Assembly (NCBI RefSeq): GCF_017348835.2
Contig: NZ_CP071375.1
Reading direction: 5' to 3' (one strand)
Origin: Escherichia coli
GTDB taxonomy: Bacteria > Pseudomonadota > Gammaproteobacteria > Enterobacterales > Enterobacteriaceae
Length of the DNA: 64,000 bases
The notes under the pieces were generated by a model, which saw only the letters and a program-made list of their open reading frames with translations, was not told where the DNA came from and did not search any database. The position numbers and the translations under genes were made by a program. Positions 53,423 through 62,793 of this stretch are shown piece by piece. Every line of letters begins with the position of its first letter. Position 1 is the stretch's first letter.

Positions 53423-53966
53423 GCATCACTGGAAAGTAGAAAAACAGCCTGAGTGTTACGTGAAAGCTGTCAGAAAAACTATCGCAGCGTTGCCGGGGGG
53501 GTACGCTGAAGCTGCTGACTGGCTGGATGTAACAGAGAACGCATTATTTAACCGCCTTCGTGCCGATGGCGATCAGATTTTCCCGCTGGGATGGGCAATG
53601 ATTTTGCAACGTGCTGGTGGAACTCACTTCATTGCTGACGCTGTGGCGCAGTCTGCAAATGGCGTCTTTGTGTCTCTTCCTGATGTCGAGGATGTGGACA
53701 ACGCCGATATCAACCAACGCCTGCTGGAAGTCATTGAACAGATCGGCAGTTATTCAAAACAGATTCGTTCAGCAATTGAAGACGGTGTAGTGGAACCGCA
53801 TGAGAAGACAGCAATTAACGATGAGCTGTACCTCTCAATTTCGAAGCTGCAGGAGCATGCAGCACTGGTCTACAAAATCTTTTGCGTTTCAGAAAGTAGT
53901 GACGCCCGCGAGTGTGCAGCTCCGGGCGCCGTGGCGTGTCGTGACTGTGGAGAAACTAACGCATGA
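53415..53966 (+). CDS. YdaT/CII-like regulatory protein (183 aa)
   Basis: Overlaps the cro stop. Its position and sequence style recall Rac YdaT-type CII analogues. Family call is from memory. Confidence 0.6.
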   Translation: MGKHHWKVEKQPECYVKAVRKTIAALPGGYAEAADWLDVTENALFNRLRADGDQIFPLGWAMILQRAGGTHFIADAVAQSANGVFVSLPDVEDVDNADINQRLLEVIEQIGSYSKQIRSAIEDGVVEPHEKTAINDELYLSISKLQEHAALVYKIFCVSESSDARECAAPGAVACRDCGETNA

Positions 53967-54301
53967 ACAGTTTAACAACACACTACCGTCGCTCGCAACT
54001 GATTGCGCTTCCTGTACCGGGTGGAAAAGCGAAGGTGGAGTATTGCTATGCAGTAAATGTACCAGGTGACAGGGAAATTGTAACCCACAGCTTTGCAGAG
54101 TGGGCTGTGGGTGATTTCAACCGGCAGAAGGAGACAGTCCTTTGCGACAAGTTAACCGCTGGTTCAAAGATCACTACGGAGTGCCCGTCAGAGTCATTCG
54201 TTGGGAGCCGGAAACACAACGGGTTATCTACCTCCGTGAAGGCTATGAGCATGAGTGCTTCAGCCCGCTCGAACAGTTTCGTCGTAAATTCAGGGAAATA
54301 G
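53963..54301 (+). CDS. hypothetical ORF (112 aa), doubtful over its 3' half
   Basis: ORF-track entry. The distal half is Ser-rich and low-complexity and is overlapped by a better-looking ORF in another frame (54142-54321). Confidence 0.3.
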   Translation: MNSLTTHYRRSQLIALPVPGGKAKVEYCYAVNVPGDREIVTHSFAEWAVGDFNRQKETVLCDKLTAGSKITTECPSESFVGSRKHNGLSTSVKAMSMSASARSNSFVVNSGK

Positions 54302-54321
54302 AGGTCGGTCATGAGCACTAA
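54142..54321 (+). CDS. DUF4222-like small protein (59 aa, TTG start), missed by ORF track
   Basis: AAGGAG (54128-54133) lies 8 nt before TTG 54142. Translation: (M)[58 protein letters not shown], which resembles remembered DUF4222 phage proteins. The stop overlaps the next gene's start. Confidence 0.5.
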   Translation: MRQVNRWFKDHYGVPVRVIRWEPETQRVIYLREGYEHECFSPLEQFRRKFREIEVGHEH

Positions 54322-55252
54322 ATTAACCGGCTATGTATGGGATGGTTGCGCTGCGTCAGGCATGAAATTATCCAGCGTGGCAATTATGGCCCGCCTGGCT
54401 GATTTCAGTAATGACGAAGGTGTGTGCTGGCCATCAATTGAAACCATTGCCCGTCAGATTGGCGCGGGGATGAGTACCGTCAGAACGGCTATCGCACGGC
54501 TGGAAGCAGAAGGCTGGTTAACGCGTAAGGCGCGTCGCCAGGGTAACCGCAATGCGTCGAATGTTTATCAGCTTAACGTTGCGAAGCTTCAGGCAGCGGC
54601 ATTTTCTCAACTGTCAGATTCTGACCCGTCAAAATCTGACGCATCAAAATCTGACCCGTCAAAATTTGATGCGTCGAAATCTGGCAAAAAAGCGGGTTTT
54701 CACCCGTCAGAATCTGGCGGGGATCCGTCAGTAAAATCAAAACATGATCCGTCAGATAAAAAAACTTCTCGTCCGGACGCTTCGCAACCGGACACGCAGA
54801 AGGCTGAACAGGAGTTTTTAACTCGCCATCCTGATGCGGTTGTATTCAGCCCTAAAAAGCGCCAGTGGGGAACGCAGGATGATTTGACCTGCGCACAGTG
54901 GCTCTGGAAAAAAATCATCGCCCTGTACGAGCAGGCCGCCGAATGTGACGGCGAGGTGGTTCGTCCCAAAGAACCGAACTGGACAGCCTGGGCAAACGAA
55001 ATTCGCCTGATGTGTGTGCAGGATGGTCGTACTCACAAACAAATCTGCGAGATGTACAGCCGCGTCAGCCGCGATCCGTTCTGGTGCCGTAACGTGCTCA
55101 GCCCGTCGAAGCTGCGGGAAAAATGGGATGAGCTTTCCCTGCGCTTATCGCCGTCCGTCAGCACGTACACCGAAAAACGCGAAGACCCGTACTTCAAAGC
55201 CAGTTACGACAACGTGGACTACAGCCAGATCCCGGCAGGATTCAGGGGGTGA
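54311..55252 (+). CDS. replication initiator (lambda O-analogue; N-terminal wHTH, internal iteron-encoded repeat, conserved phage C-terminus)
   Basis: 313 aa. Sits in the O gene position. The coding sequence contains the ori iterons (peptide repeat SDSDPSKSDASKSDPSKFDASKS). Confidence 0.75.
   Translation: MSTKLTGYVWDGCAASGMKLSSVAIMARLADFSNDEGVCWPSIETIARQIGAGMSTVRTAIARLEAEGWLTRKARRQGNRNASNVYQLNVAKLQAAAFSQLSDSDPSKSDASKSDPSKFDASKSGKKAGFHPSESGGDPSVKSKHDPSDKKTSRPDASQPDTQKAEQEFLTRHPDAVVFSPKKRQWGTQDDLTCAQWLWKKIIALYEQAAECDGEVVRPKEPNWTAWANEIRLMCVQDGRTHKQICEMYSRVSRDPFWCRNVLSPSKLREKWDELSLRLSPSVSTYTEKREDPYFKASYDNVDYSQIPAGFRG
54612..54765. repeat. putative phage origin: at least 6 iterons CCGTCA(A/G)AATCTG(A/G) followed by an A-rich tract
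   Basis: gtcagattctgac ccgtcaaaatctgac gcatcaaaatctgac ccgtcaaaatttgat gcgtcgaaatctggc ... ccgtcagaatctggc ... ccgtcagtaaaatc ... ccgtcagataaaaaaac. Confidence 0.65.
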
Positions 55253-55254
55253 TC

Positions 55255-55743
55255 ATGAGTCTTTTGAATGACGTTCAGAAATTCATTGAAGCCCATCCGG
55301 GCTGTACTTCCGGAGACATTGCGGATGCTTTTGCAGGTTACTCACGGCAGCGCGTTCTGCAGTCAGCAAGCAAGTTACGTCAGAGTGGGCGTGTGGCTCA
55401 CCGTTGTGAAGGAGATACACACAGACATTTCCCGCGCCTGACTGAGAGAGCGCAGGATCCGGAACCACAACCAGTTCGTGAAACCAGACCTGTGCGCAAT
55501 TTCTATGTCGGCACTAACGACCCGCGGGTGATTTTGTGCCTGACCCGCCAGGCGGAAGAACTGGAGTCCAGGGGCTTATACCGTCGTGCTGCAACGGTGT
55601 GGATGGCGGCATTCCGTGAAAGCCACTCCCAGCAAGAGCGAAACAATTTTCTTGCGCGTCGTGAGCGGTGTTTACGGAAAAGCAGCAAGCGCGCTGTATC
55701 GGGTGAAGAGTGGTATCTGTCAGGGAATTACGTGGGGGCTTAA
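55255..55743 (+). CDS. hypothetical wHTH + PerC/ANR-like protein (162 aa)
   Basis: ATG 55255 follows GGGGGTGA. The C-terminal segment QAEELESRGLYRRAATVWMAAF resembles the PerC/ANR signature as I remember it. Confidence 0.55.
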   Translation: MSLLNDVQKFIEAHPGCTSGDIADAFAGYSRQRVLQSASKLRQSGRVAHRCEGDTHRHFPRLTERAQDPEPQPVRETRPVRNFYVGTNDPRVILCLTRQAEELESRGLYRRAATVWMAAFRESHSQQERNNFLARRERCLRKSSKRAVSGEEWYLSGNYVGA

Positions 55744-56069
55744 TGACGACGTTAACTCAATGCCAGCAGCAGGTGCTGGATATGCTGATTTCTTACCAGA
55801 AAGAACGTGGCTTCCCGCCAACCAATCAGGAGGTGGCTACCATGCTGGGATACCGTTCAGTGAATGCAGCGGTGGAGCATCTTCGCGCACTGGAGAAAAA
55901 AGGCGTCATCACGATAAAGCGTGGCGTGGCCCGGGGCATCACGCTTCATACCGCGGTGAAGGACGACGACAGCGAGGTGGCCGGGATTATCCGCGCACTG
56001 CTTGCTGGTGAGGAAAACGCCAGGCTGCGTGCAACCCACTGGTTACATGAGAGGGGCCTGAAAGTATGA
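55743..56069 (+). CDS. LexA N-terminal DNA-binding-domain-only protein (108 aa)
   Basis: MTTLTQCQQQVLDMLISYQKERGFPPTNQEVATMLGYRSVNAAVEHLRALEKKGVITIKRGVARGITL aligns residue for residue with the remembered LexA 1-70 ([68 protein letters not shown]). No Ala-Gly cleavage site or S24 domain follows. The start overlaps the previous stop (TAATG). Confidence 0.75.
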   Translation: MTTLTQCQQQVLDMLISYQKERGFPPTNQEVATMLGYRSVNAAVEHLRALEKKGVITIKRGVARGITLHTAVKDDDSEVAGIIRALLAGEENARLRATHWLHERGLKV

Positions 56070-56455
56070 AGCTGATCCTGCCTTTTCCGCCCAGCGTGAA
56101 CACGTACTGGCGACACCCCAACAAAGGGGCGTTTGCTGGTAAGAGCCTGATAAGCGCGGCGGGGCGAAAATTCCAGAGCGCGGCGTGCGCAGCAATAGTT
56201 GAGCAGTTACGTCGTCTGCCGAAACCAACGTCGGCACCTGCTTCAGTGGAGATCGTGTTGTTTCCTCCGGATAACAGGATCCGCGATCTGGACAACTATA
56301 ACAAGGCGCTGTTTGACGCCCTGACCCACGCGGGGGTGTGGGAAGACGACAGTCAGGTGAAAAGAATGCTGGTGGAGTGGGGACCGGTTATCCCGGAAGG
56401 GAAGGTCGAGATCACTATCAGTAAGTACGAGAAAACGGCGGGTGCAGCTGCCTGA
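56066..56455 (+). CDS. rusA: Holliday-junction resolvase RusA
   Basis: 129 aa. MKLILPFPPSVNTYWRH and DLDNYNKALFDALTHAGVWEDDSQV are RusA hallmarks. Confidence 0.88.
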   Translation: MKLILPFPPSVNTYWRHPNKGAFAGKSLISAAGRKFQSAACAAIVEQLRRLPKPTSAPASVEIVLFPPDNRIRDLDNYNKALFDALTHAGVWEDDSQVKRMLVEWGPVIPEGKVEITISKYEKTAGAAA

Positions 56456-56474
56456 TCAAGAGGAGAAACGAAGT

Positions 56475-57284
56475 ATGAATAATCTGATGGTCATTGATGG
56501 TATTGAAGTTCGTCGTGATGCTTATGGGCGTTACAGCCTGAACGATCTGCATCGCGCAGCAGTAGCATCTGGTGCAAATGCCAGAACCAAGGAGCCAGGA
56601 AAGTTTCTTTCCAGCCAACAAACTGTTGAGCTTGTTCATGAATTAACCAACACCCAGAATTTGGGTGTTGACCCGGTGAGTGTGATTCATGGGGGAAATG
56701 AACGGGGAACGTATGTCTGTAAGGAACTGGTGTATGCCTATGCAATGTGGATCAGCCCGTCATTCCATCTGAAGGTGATCCGTACTTTCGATATGGTAAC
56801 CAGCGCGCCGGAAAAGTTATCCGGACAGGTTGCTGACAAGATGCAGGCTGGCGTGATTCTGCTGGACTTTATGCGCCGGGAGTTAAATCTGTCTAACTCA
56901 TCTGTGCTTGGGGCCTGTCAGAAACTCCAGGAGGCTGTTGGCTTACCGAATCTGGCACCGCGCTATGCCATTGATGCACCTGCTGACGCGCCTGATGGCT
57001 CAAGCCGCCCGACGCTGTCGCTGAGTGCACTGCTGAAGCAGTATGGTATCCGCCTGACGGCTAATCAGGCATATCACCAGATGGCGAAGCTGGGGATCGT
57101 TGAACAACGCGAACGATACAGCCGTACCGCGATTAACAACATCAAAAAATTCTGGTCGCTGACAGCGAAAGGTTGCATGTTCGGCAAGAACATCACCAGT
57201 CCCGCAAATCCGCGCGAGACGCAGCCGCATTTCTTCGAATCCCGATTCCCTGAGCTGTTAAAGCTGCTCGATACCGTTCATTGA
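56475..57284 (+). CDS. KilA-N domain protein (269 aa)
   Basis: Start at MNNLMVIDGIEVRRDAYGRYSLNDLHRA. The KilA-N signature continues through WISPSFHLKVIRTFD. Confidence 0.75.
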   Translation: MNNLMVIDGIEVRRDAYGRYSLNDLHRAAVASGANARTKEPGKFLSSQQTVELVHELTNTQNLGVDPVSVIHGGNERGTYVCKELVYAYAMWISPSFHLKVIRTFDMVTSAPEKLSGQVADKMQAGVILLDFMRRELNLSNSSVLGACQKLQEAVGLPNLAPRYAIDAPADAPDGSSRPTLSLSALLKQYGIRLTANQAYHQMAKLGIVEQRERYSRTAINNIKKFWSLTAKGCMFGKNITSPANPRETQPHFFESRFPELLKLLDTVH

Positions 57285-57285
57285 G

Positions 57286-58281
57286 GTGAACGTGAGAGCG
57301 CTACTGACCCCCGAGATTGCCCCGCGTATGGGGATCGTATTGTTCAGACCCGGTTCAGAGCTGATGCCCCTGTTTATGCAGGGGCGTGTCCTGCTGGAGC
57401 CTGAGCCGGAACGTTATTCATCTTTTGCCAGTGGTGCCGTTCCGGCTGCATCACAACCGCTGGCGGATGATCCTGCCGTTCGGGCCGTGTTCCGCAATGA
57501 GGCAGTGATCCGTCGTGCTGGTGGCGTGGAATGTCTTGAAAGCTGGTTACTTCGTGAAAAAGGCTGCCAGTGGCCTCATTCCGACTGGCACAGCGAGAAC
57601 ATGACCACAATGCGACACGCGCCGGGCGCAATCCGTCTGTGCTGGCACTGCGATAACCAACTGCGCGATCAGTTCACGGAACGGCTGGAATCAATGGCAA
57701 CGGATAACTGTGCCCGCTGGGTGTTGTCTGTTGTGCGTCGGGATCTCGGTTTTGATGACAGTCACGTTGTGACAATGCCGGAACTGTGCTGGTGGCTGAT
57801 TCGTAATGATCTGGCGGATACCTTACCGGAAAGTGCAGCCCGTAAGGCACTGAGATTACCGAAGCCTTTTGTGCCGTCTGTCACCCGGGAAAGTGACCTG
57901 GTGCCTTCGGTTCCTGCCACCAGCATCATCCAGAATAAAGCGAAAAAGGTGCTGGCGCTGAAAGTGGATCCGGAGTCGCCGGACTCTTTTATGTTACGCC
58001 CAAAACGTCGCCGCTGGGTTAATGAAAAGTACACGCGATGGGTTAAGACGCAGCCGTGCGCATGTTGTGGAAAACCTGCTGATGATCCCCACCACCTGAT
58101 AGGCCACGGTCAGGGTGGAATGGGGACAAAAGCGCATGACCTCTTTGTGTTGCCTTTGTGCAGAAAGCATCACGACGAGCTGCATGCGGATACTGTGGCA
58201 TTCGAAGAGAAGTATGGCTCCCAGCTGGAGCTGATATTTCGTTTTATCGATCGTGCGCTGGCGATTGGTGTGCTGGCCTGA
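57286..58281 (+). CDS. DUF968 (YdfU-like) protein with HNH-like C-terminal zinc motif
   Basis: C-terminus [46 protein letters not shown] start; GTG 57292 is an alternative, 5 nt after GAGG. Confidence 0.7.
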   Translation: MNVRALLTPEIAPRMGIVLFRPGSELMPLFMQGRVLLEPEPERYSSFASGAVPAASQPLADDPAVRAVFRNEAVIRRAGGVECLESWLLREKGCQWPHSDWHSENMTTMRHAPGAIRLCWHCDNQLRDQFTERLESMATDNCARWVLSVVRRDLGFDDSHVVTMPELCWWLIRNDLADTLPESAARKALRLPKPFVPSVTRESDLVPSVPATSIIQNKAKKVLALKVDPESPDSFMLRPKRRRWVNEKYTRWVKTQPCACCGKPADDPHHLIGHGQGGMGTKAHDLFVLPLCRKHHDELHADTVAFEEKYGSQLELIFRFIDRALAIGVLA

Positions 58282-58298
58282 TTTTGTGGAGAAAGTTG

Positions 58299-58682
58299 AT
58301 GCGTGATATTCAGATGGTTCTTGAGCGTTGGGGAGCGTGGGCGGCTAATAATCATGAAGATGTGACTTGGTCGTCCATTGCCGCCGGTTTTAAGGGATTA
58401 ATTCCTTCAAAAGTAAAATCTCGCCCACAATGTTGTGACGATGACGCGATGATCATTTGCGGGTGCATGGCCCGTCTGAAAAAGAACAACAGCGACTTGC
58501 ACGATTTATTAGTAGATTATTATGTAGTCGGTATGACATTCATGTCACTGGCAGGTAAGCATTGCTGCTCTGATGGTTATATCGGGAAAAGGTTACAGAA
58601 GGCTGAGGGCATAATTGAAGGGATGTTAATGGCATTAGATATCCGGTTAGAGATGGATATCGTTGTTAATAACTCTAATTAA
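58299..58682 (+). CDS. quuD: late-gene antiterminator Q (QuuD type)
   Basis: Start at [22 protein letters not shown] gives 127 aa. Matches remembered DLP12 QuuD. Confidence 0.88.
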   Translation: MRDIQMVLERWGAWAANNHEDVTWSSIAAGFKGLIPSKVKSRPQCCDDDAMIICGCMARLKKNNSDLHDLLVDYYVVGMTFMSLAGKHCCSDGYIGKRLQKAEGIIEGMLMALDIRLEMDIVVNNSN

Positions 58683-58699
58683 TATGCCAATTGTTTACT

Positions 58700-58870
58700 A
58701 AAAATTATTAAAAATGGGGCGTTGCAACGCCCCCAAAAATAAAGGGTAATATATAACAGAAGGTTTATATAGTTAGAAGCAAGGTTGTGCTCCTAAAGGA
58801 AGTGGCTTGAGGGAGCCACTTATATGTTGGGGAGGCAAAGCCTCCCGCAACATATCTTTTAGTAATCAAA
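58700..58870 (-). ncRNA. ipeX: IpeX-like sRNA region (nmpC 3' UTR up to its terminator)
   Basis: About 170 nt between the nmpC stop and the ggggcgt-tgca-acgcccc hairpin (58716-58733), which is followed by a T-rich tract in the minus sense. It contains a long hairpin at 58822-58855. The location matches the published description of ipeX as I remember it. Confidence 0.5.
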
Positions 58871-59953
58871 TTAGAACTGGTAAACCATACCTACAGCAAC
58901 GATATCATCGGTAGCAACGCCAGATGCTTTCGTGAAATCGCTCTTATCAATCAGGTTGATTTTGTAATCAACAAAAGTGGACATATTTTTGTTGAAGTAA
59001 TAGGTTGCACCTACATCAATATATTCAACCAGGTCCTGATCACCCCACGCACCCAAGTCTTTTCCTTTAGATTGCAGGTAAGCAACGGACGGACGCAGAC
59101 CGAAGTCGAACTGATATTGTGCAACTACTTCGAAGTTTTGTGCTTTGTTGGCAATATGGTTATTACCAAAAACAGTCATGTTCTGGGTTTCAGAATAGGT
59201 GGTAGCCAGATAGATGTTGTTCGCATCATATTTCAGACCAGCTGCCCATACTTCAGCATTTTGACCAGATGCATTCAGGCTGTTGTTACCGTAGATAACC
59301 TGATTATTAGTGCGGTCAGATTTAGCATAGGTTGCACCTACACCGAATCCTTCATACTCATACGTAGTGGAGAAACCGAAACCATCACCATTAGCTTCAG
59401 TTACGTCAGTGCGGTCATTTTTACCCTGATACTGAGCAGCAAAGTTCAGACCATCAACCAGACCAAAGAAGTCGTTGTTACGATAAGTTGCAACACCAGT
59501 GGTGCGACCAGTCATGAACACATCTGTTTGGGTCCAGGTATCGCCACCGAATTCTGGCAGAACGTCAGTCCACGCACCGATGTCATATGCTACACCGTAG
59601 TTACGGCCGTAATCGATTGAGCCGTAGTCCCCGAATTTCAGGCCTGCAAATGCAAGACGGGTTTTGTCTTTGGAGGAGCCTTGAGATTCAGCGCGGTTGC
59701 CTTTGAATTCATATTCCCACTGACCGAAACCAGTCAGTTGATCGTTGATTTGGGTTTCACCTTTGAAGCCAAGACGGGCATAAGTAGTATCACCATCATC
59801 TGCATCATTAGAGGAGAAGTAGTGCTTGGCATTAACTTTCCCATATAGATCCAGCTTGTTACTGTCTTTATTATAAATTTCAGCTGCCTGAGCAGACATC
59901 GCCATCAGTACTGATGCGGCTACAGCAGAAATTGCCACTGTTAATTTTTTCAT
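58871..59953 (-). CDS. nmpC: phage-borne general porin NmpC/Lc type, intact (360 aa)
   Basis: Signal peptide [23 protein letters not shown], OmpC/OmpF-family beta-barrel ending in YQF. No IS interruption (K-12 nmpC is IS5-disrupted, from memory). Confidence 0.9.
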   Translation of the reverse strand: MKKLTVAISAVAASVLMAMSAQAAEIYNKDSNKLDLYGKVNAKHYFSSNDADDGDTTYARLGFKGETQINDQLTGFGQWEYEFKGNRAESQGSSKDKTRLAFAGLKFGDYGSIDYGRNYGVAYDIGAWTDVLPEFGGDTWTQTDVFMTGRTTGVATYRNNDFFGLVDGLNFAAQYQGKNDRTDVTEANGDGFGFSTTYEYEGFGVGATYAKSDRTNNQVIYGNNSLNASGQNAEVWAAGLKYDANNIYLATTYSETQNMTVFGNNHIANKAQNFEVVAQYQFDFGLRPSVAYLQSKGKDLGAWGDQDLVEYIDVGATYYFNKNMSTFVDYKINLIDKSDFTKASGVATDDIVAVGMVYQF

Positions 59954-60541
59954 CGTGAGCCCTTTTTTTTGAACTATTATTAAAAAATGATGTCACTGCG
60001 CGATAAATATTCATCTAATCAATGTGATTATTTCAAGATGTAAGTTTTAGTTTCTCATTTAATTTGTGAGGTAGATCTCTATTTTTATCTGAACTTTTTC
60101 TATCGAAACCTATTTATGGCTCTTATTTGAACAAAAATAAACCTATTAGCTAATTTATATTAATGGCTGTTATTTATGGAGGTTCTATAATTCGGCGGTT
60201 TAATTTAAATCAACTAAAAATAACGGCGGAAATTATTTGTAGGATATTTGTTGAGGTTTTCTTATGTATTTGTGGTGGTGTTTTGAACACTCGGTAGCAT
60301 TCTCATAAATATCATTCAGTGGTTTACGTACGTAAAAAATTGGTTATGCTGTTAAGAGTGGTTACTTCGTCACACAGCTTAAACCCGCCGTCGAGCTGGT
60401 TTTTCCATTTTTTGAGTCTCGATATTAGCTGATAACTCAATACCTGAGTTATTCACTGACTCCGAGTCTGTTACGTTTCTGCTTTTTTGCGATACGTTGT
60501 ATTCCCTCAATTTACACCCGCTTTGTCTGCGAGGTGGGGTT

Positions 60542-60757
60542 ATGAAATCCATGGATAAGTTAACAACGGGTGTCGCCTATGGCACCTCAGCAGGTAGTGC
60601 CGGTTACTGGTTTTTACAGCTGCTCGATAAAGTTACGCCCTCACAGTGGGCAGCAATAGGTGTGCTGGGTAGCCTGGTATTTGGCCTGCTGACGTACCTG
60701 ACAAACCTTTATTTCAAGATTAAAGAAGATAAGCGCAAGGCTGCGAGAGGTGAATAA
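60542..60757 (+). CDS. essD: phage 21-type pinholin (EssD)
   Basis: Start at [24 protein letters not shown] gives 71 aa. Two TM segments and a charged C-terminus. Confidence 0.88.
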
Positions 60758-61254
60758 TGCCTCCATCATTACGAAAAGCCGTTGCTGCTGCTATTGGTGG
60801 CGGAGCAATTGCTATAGCATCAGTGTTAATCACTGGCCCAAGTGGTAACGATGGTCTGGAAGGTGTCAGCTACATACCATACAAAGATATTGTTGGTGTA
60901 TGGACTGTATGTCACGGGCATACAGGAAAAGACATCATGCTCGGTAAAACGTATACCAAAGCAGAATGCAAAGCACTCTTGAATAAAGACCTTGCCACTG
61001 TCGCCAGACAAATTAACCCGTACATCGAAGTCGATATACCGGAAACAACGCGCGGCGCTCTTTACTCATTCGTTTACAACGTGGGTGCTGGCAATTTCAG
61101 AACATCGACGCTTCTTCGCAAAATAAACCAGGGCGATATCAAAGGCGCATGTGATCAGCTACGTCGCTGGACATACGCTGGCGGTAAGCAATGGAAAGGC
61201 CTGATGACTCGCCGTGAGATTGAGCGTGAAATCTGTTTGTGGGGTCAGCAATGA
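60757..61254 (+). CDS. rrrD: SAR endolysin (lysozyme RrrD)
   Basis: 165 aa. N-terminal signal-anchor-release helix [20 protein letters not shown], then a T4-lysozyme-like catalytic region ([23 protein letters not shown]). Confidence 0.9.
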   Translation: MPPSLRKAVAAAIGGGAIAIASVLITGPSGNDGLEGVSYIPYKDIVGVWTVCHGHTGKDIMLGKTYTKAECKALLNKDLATVARQINPYIEVDIPETTRGALYSFVYNVGAGNFRTSTLLRKINQGDIKGACDQLRRWTYAGGKQWKGLMTRREIEREICLWGQQ

Positions 61255-61712
61255 ACAGAGTAACCGCGATTATCTCCGCTCTGGTTATCTGCATCATCGT
61301 CTGCCTGTCATGGGCTGTTAATCATTACCGTGATAACGCCATTACCTACAAAGCCCAGCGCGACAAAAATGCCAGAGAACTGAAGCTGGCGAACGCCACC
61401 ATTACTGACATGCAGCAGCGCCAGCGTGATGTTGCTGCACTGGATGAAAAATACACGAAGGAGTTAGCTAATGCGAAAGCTGAAAATGATGCTCTGCGTG
61501 ATGATGTTGCCGCTGGTCGTCGTCGGTTGCACATCAAAGCAGTCTGTCAGTCAGTGCGTGAAGCCACCACCGCCTCCGGCGTGGATAATGCAGCCTCCCC
61601 CCGACTGGCAGACACCGCTGAACGGGATTATTTCACCCTCAGAGAGAGGCTGATCACTATGCAAAAACAACTGGAAGGAACCCAGAAGTATATTAATGAG
61701 CAGTGCAGATAG
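61251..61712 (+). CDS. rzpD: i-spanin Rz (RzpD)
   Basis: Start at [21 protein letters not shown] gives 153 aa. N-terminal TM plus coiled coil. Confidence 0.88.
   Translation: MNRVTAIISALVICIIVCLSWAVNHYRDNAITYKAQRDKNARELKLANATITDMQQRQRDVAALDEKYTKELANAKAENDALRDDVAAGRRRLHIKAVCQSVREATTASGVDNAASPRLADTAERDYFTLRERLITMQKQLEGTQKYINEQCR
61471..61653 (+). CDS. rzoD: o-spanin lipoprotein Rz1 (RzoD), embedded in the +1 frame of Rz
   Basis: 60 aa. Lipobox VVGC and a Pro-rich mature part ([15 protein letters not shown]). Confidence 0.88.
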   Translation: MRKLKMMLCVMMLPLVVVGCTSKQSVSQCVKPPPPPAWIMQPPPDWQTPLNGIISPSERG

Positions 61713-61743
61713 AGCTGCCCATATCGATGGGCAACTCATGCAA

Positions 61744-62037
61744 TTATTGTGAGCAATACACACGCGCTTCCAGCGGAGTATAAATGCCTAAAGTAATAAA
61801 ACCGAGCAATCCATTTACGAATGTTTGCTGGGTTTCTGTTTTAACAACATTTTCTGCGCCGCCACAAATTTTGGCTGCATCAACAGTTTTCTCCTGTCCA
61901 ATTCCCGAAACGAAGAAGTGATGGGTGATGGTTTCCTTTGGTGTTACTGCTGTCGGTTTGTTTCCAACAGTAAACGTCTGTTGAGCACATCCTGTAATAA
62001 GCATTGCCAGAGCGGCAGAAAACAACATTTTTTTCAT
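61744..62037 (-). CDS. borD: Bor lipoprotein (serum-resistance type)
   Basis: Start at MKKMLFSAALAMLITGC gives 97 aa. Lipobox ITGC. Confidence 0.88.
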   Translation of the reverse strand: MKKMLFSAALAMLITGCAQQTFTVGNKPTAVTPKETITHHFFVSGIGQEKTVDAAKICGGAENVVKTETQQTFVNGLLGFITLGIYTPLEARVYCSQ

Positions 62038-62399
62038 CTTATTATCCTGCATTGTTAAAAACGGCAGAATCCTATGTGACAACAATTAAACGATAATTAA
62101 ATGGATTGATGAAAATTAAAACTATATAGGTGTACGCTCAGACTATTGGAGGAAGTTGGGGACACTCAGAATCCTGTGGAATGAAATAAACCGGTCTATC
62201 CGTCTATTACCCTTTTAGCTGCGCTGTATCGTCGCCGTATTCCCGCATTAACCATGACCGTAGCCCGACGGGGAATTCCTTCTGCGTGAGTGTGCGGGAA
62301 TAATCAAAAACGATGCACACCGGGTTTTACTGTGCTGACAGACGCAGGGTTACCCTCATAGTCGCTTTTCCGGTGCGATGGTGGAAGAAACCGGGATGT

Positions 62400-62594
62400 T
62401 TATTCATCATCACTTTGGATTGATGTATATGCTCTCTTTTCTGACGTTAGTCTCCGACGGCAGGCTTCAATGACCCAGGCTGAGAAATTCCCGGACCCTT
62501 TTTGCTCAAGAGCGATGTTAATTTGTTCAATCATTTGGTTAGGAAAGCGGATGTTGCGGGTTGTTGTTCTGCGGGTTCTGTTCTTAGTTGACAT
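62400..62594 (-). CDS. ylcI: DUF3950 small protein (YlcI / lambda orf-64 type)
   Basis: 64 aa, MSTKNRTRRTTTRNIRFPNQMIEQINIALEQKGSGNFSAWVIEACRRRL. Arg-rich N-terminus plus an RHH-like segment. Confidence 0.75.
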   Translation of the reverse strand: MSTKNRTRRTTTRNIRFPNQMIEQINIALEQKGSGNFSAWVIEACRRRLTSEKRAYTSIQSDDE

Positions 62595-62793
62595 GAGGTT
62601 GCCCCGTATTCAGTGTCGCTGATTTGTATTGTCTGAAGTTGTTTTTACGTTAAGTTGATGCAGATCAATTAATACGATACCTGCGTCATAATTGATTATT
62701 TGACGTGGTTTGATGGCGTAGATGCACGTTGTGACATGTAGATGATAATTATTATCATTTTGCGGGTCCTTTCCGGCGATCCGACAGGTTACG

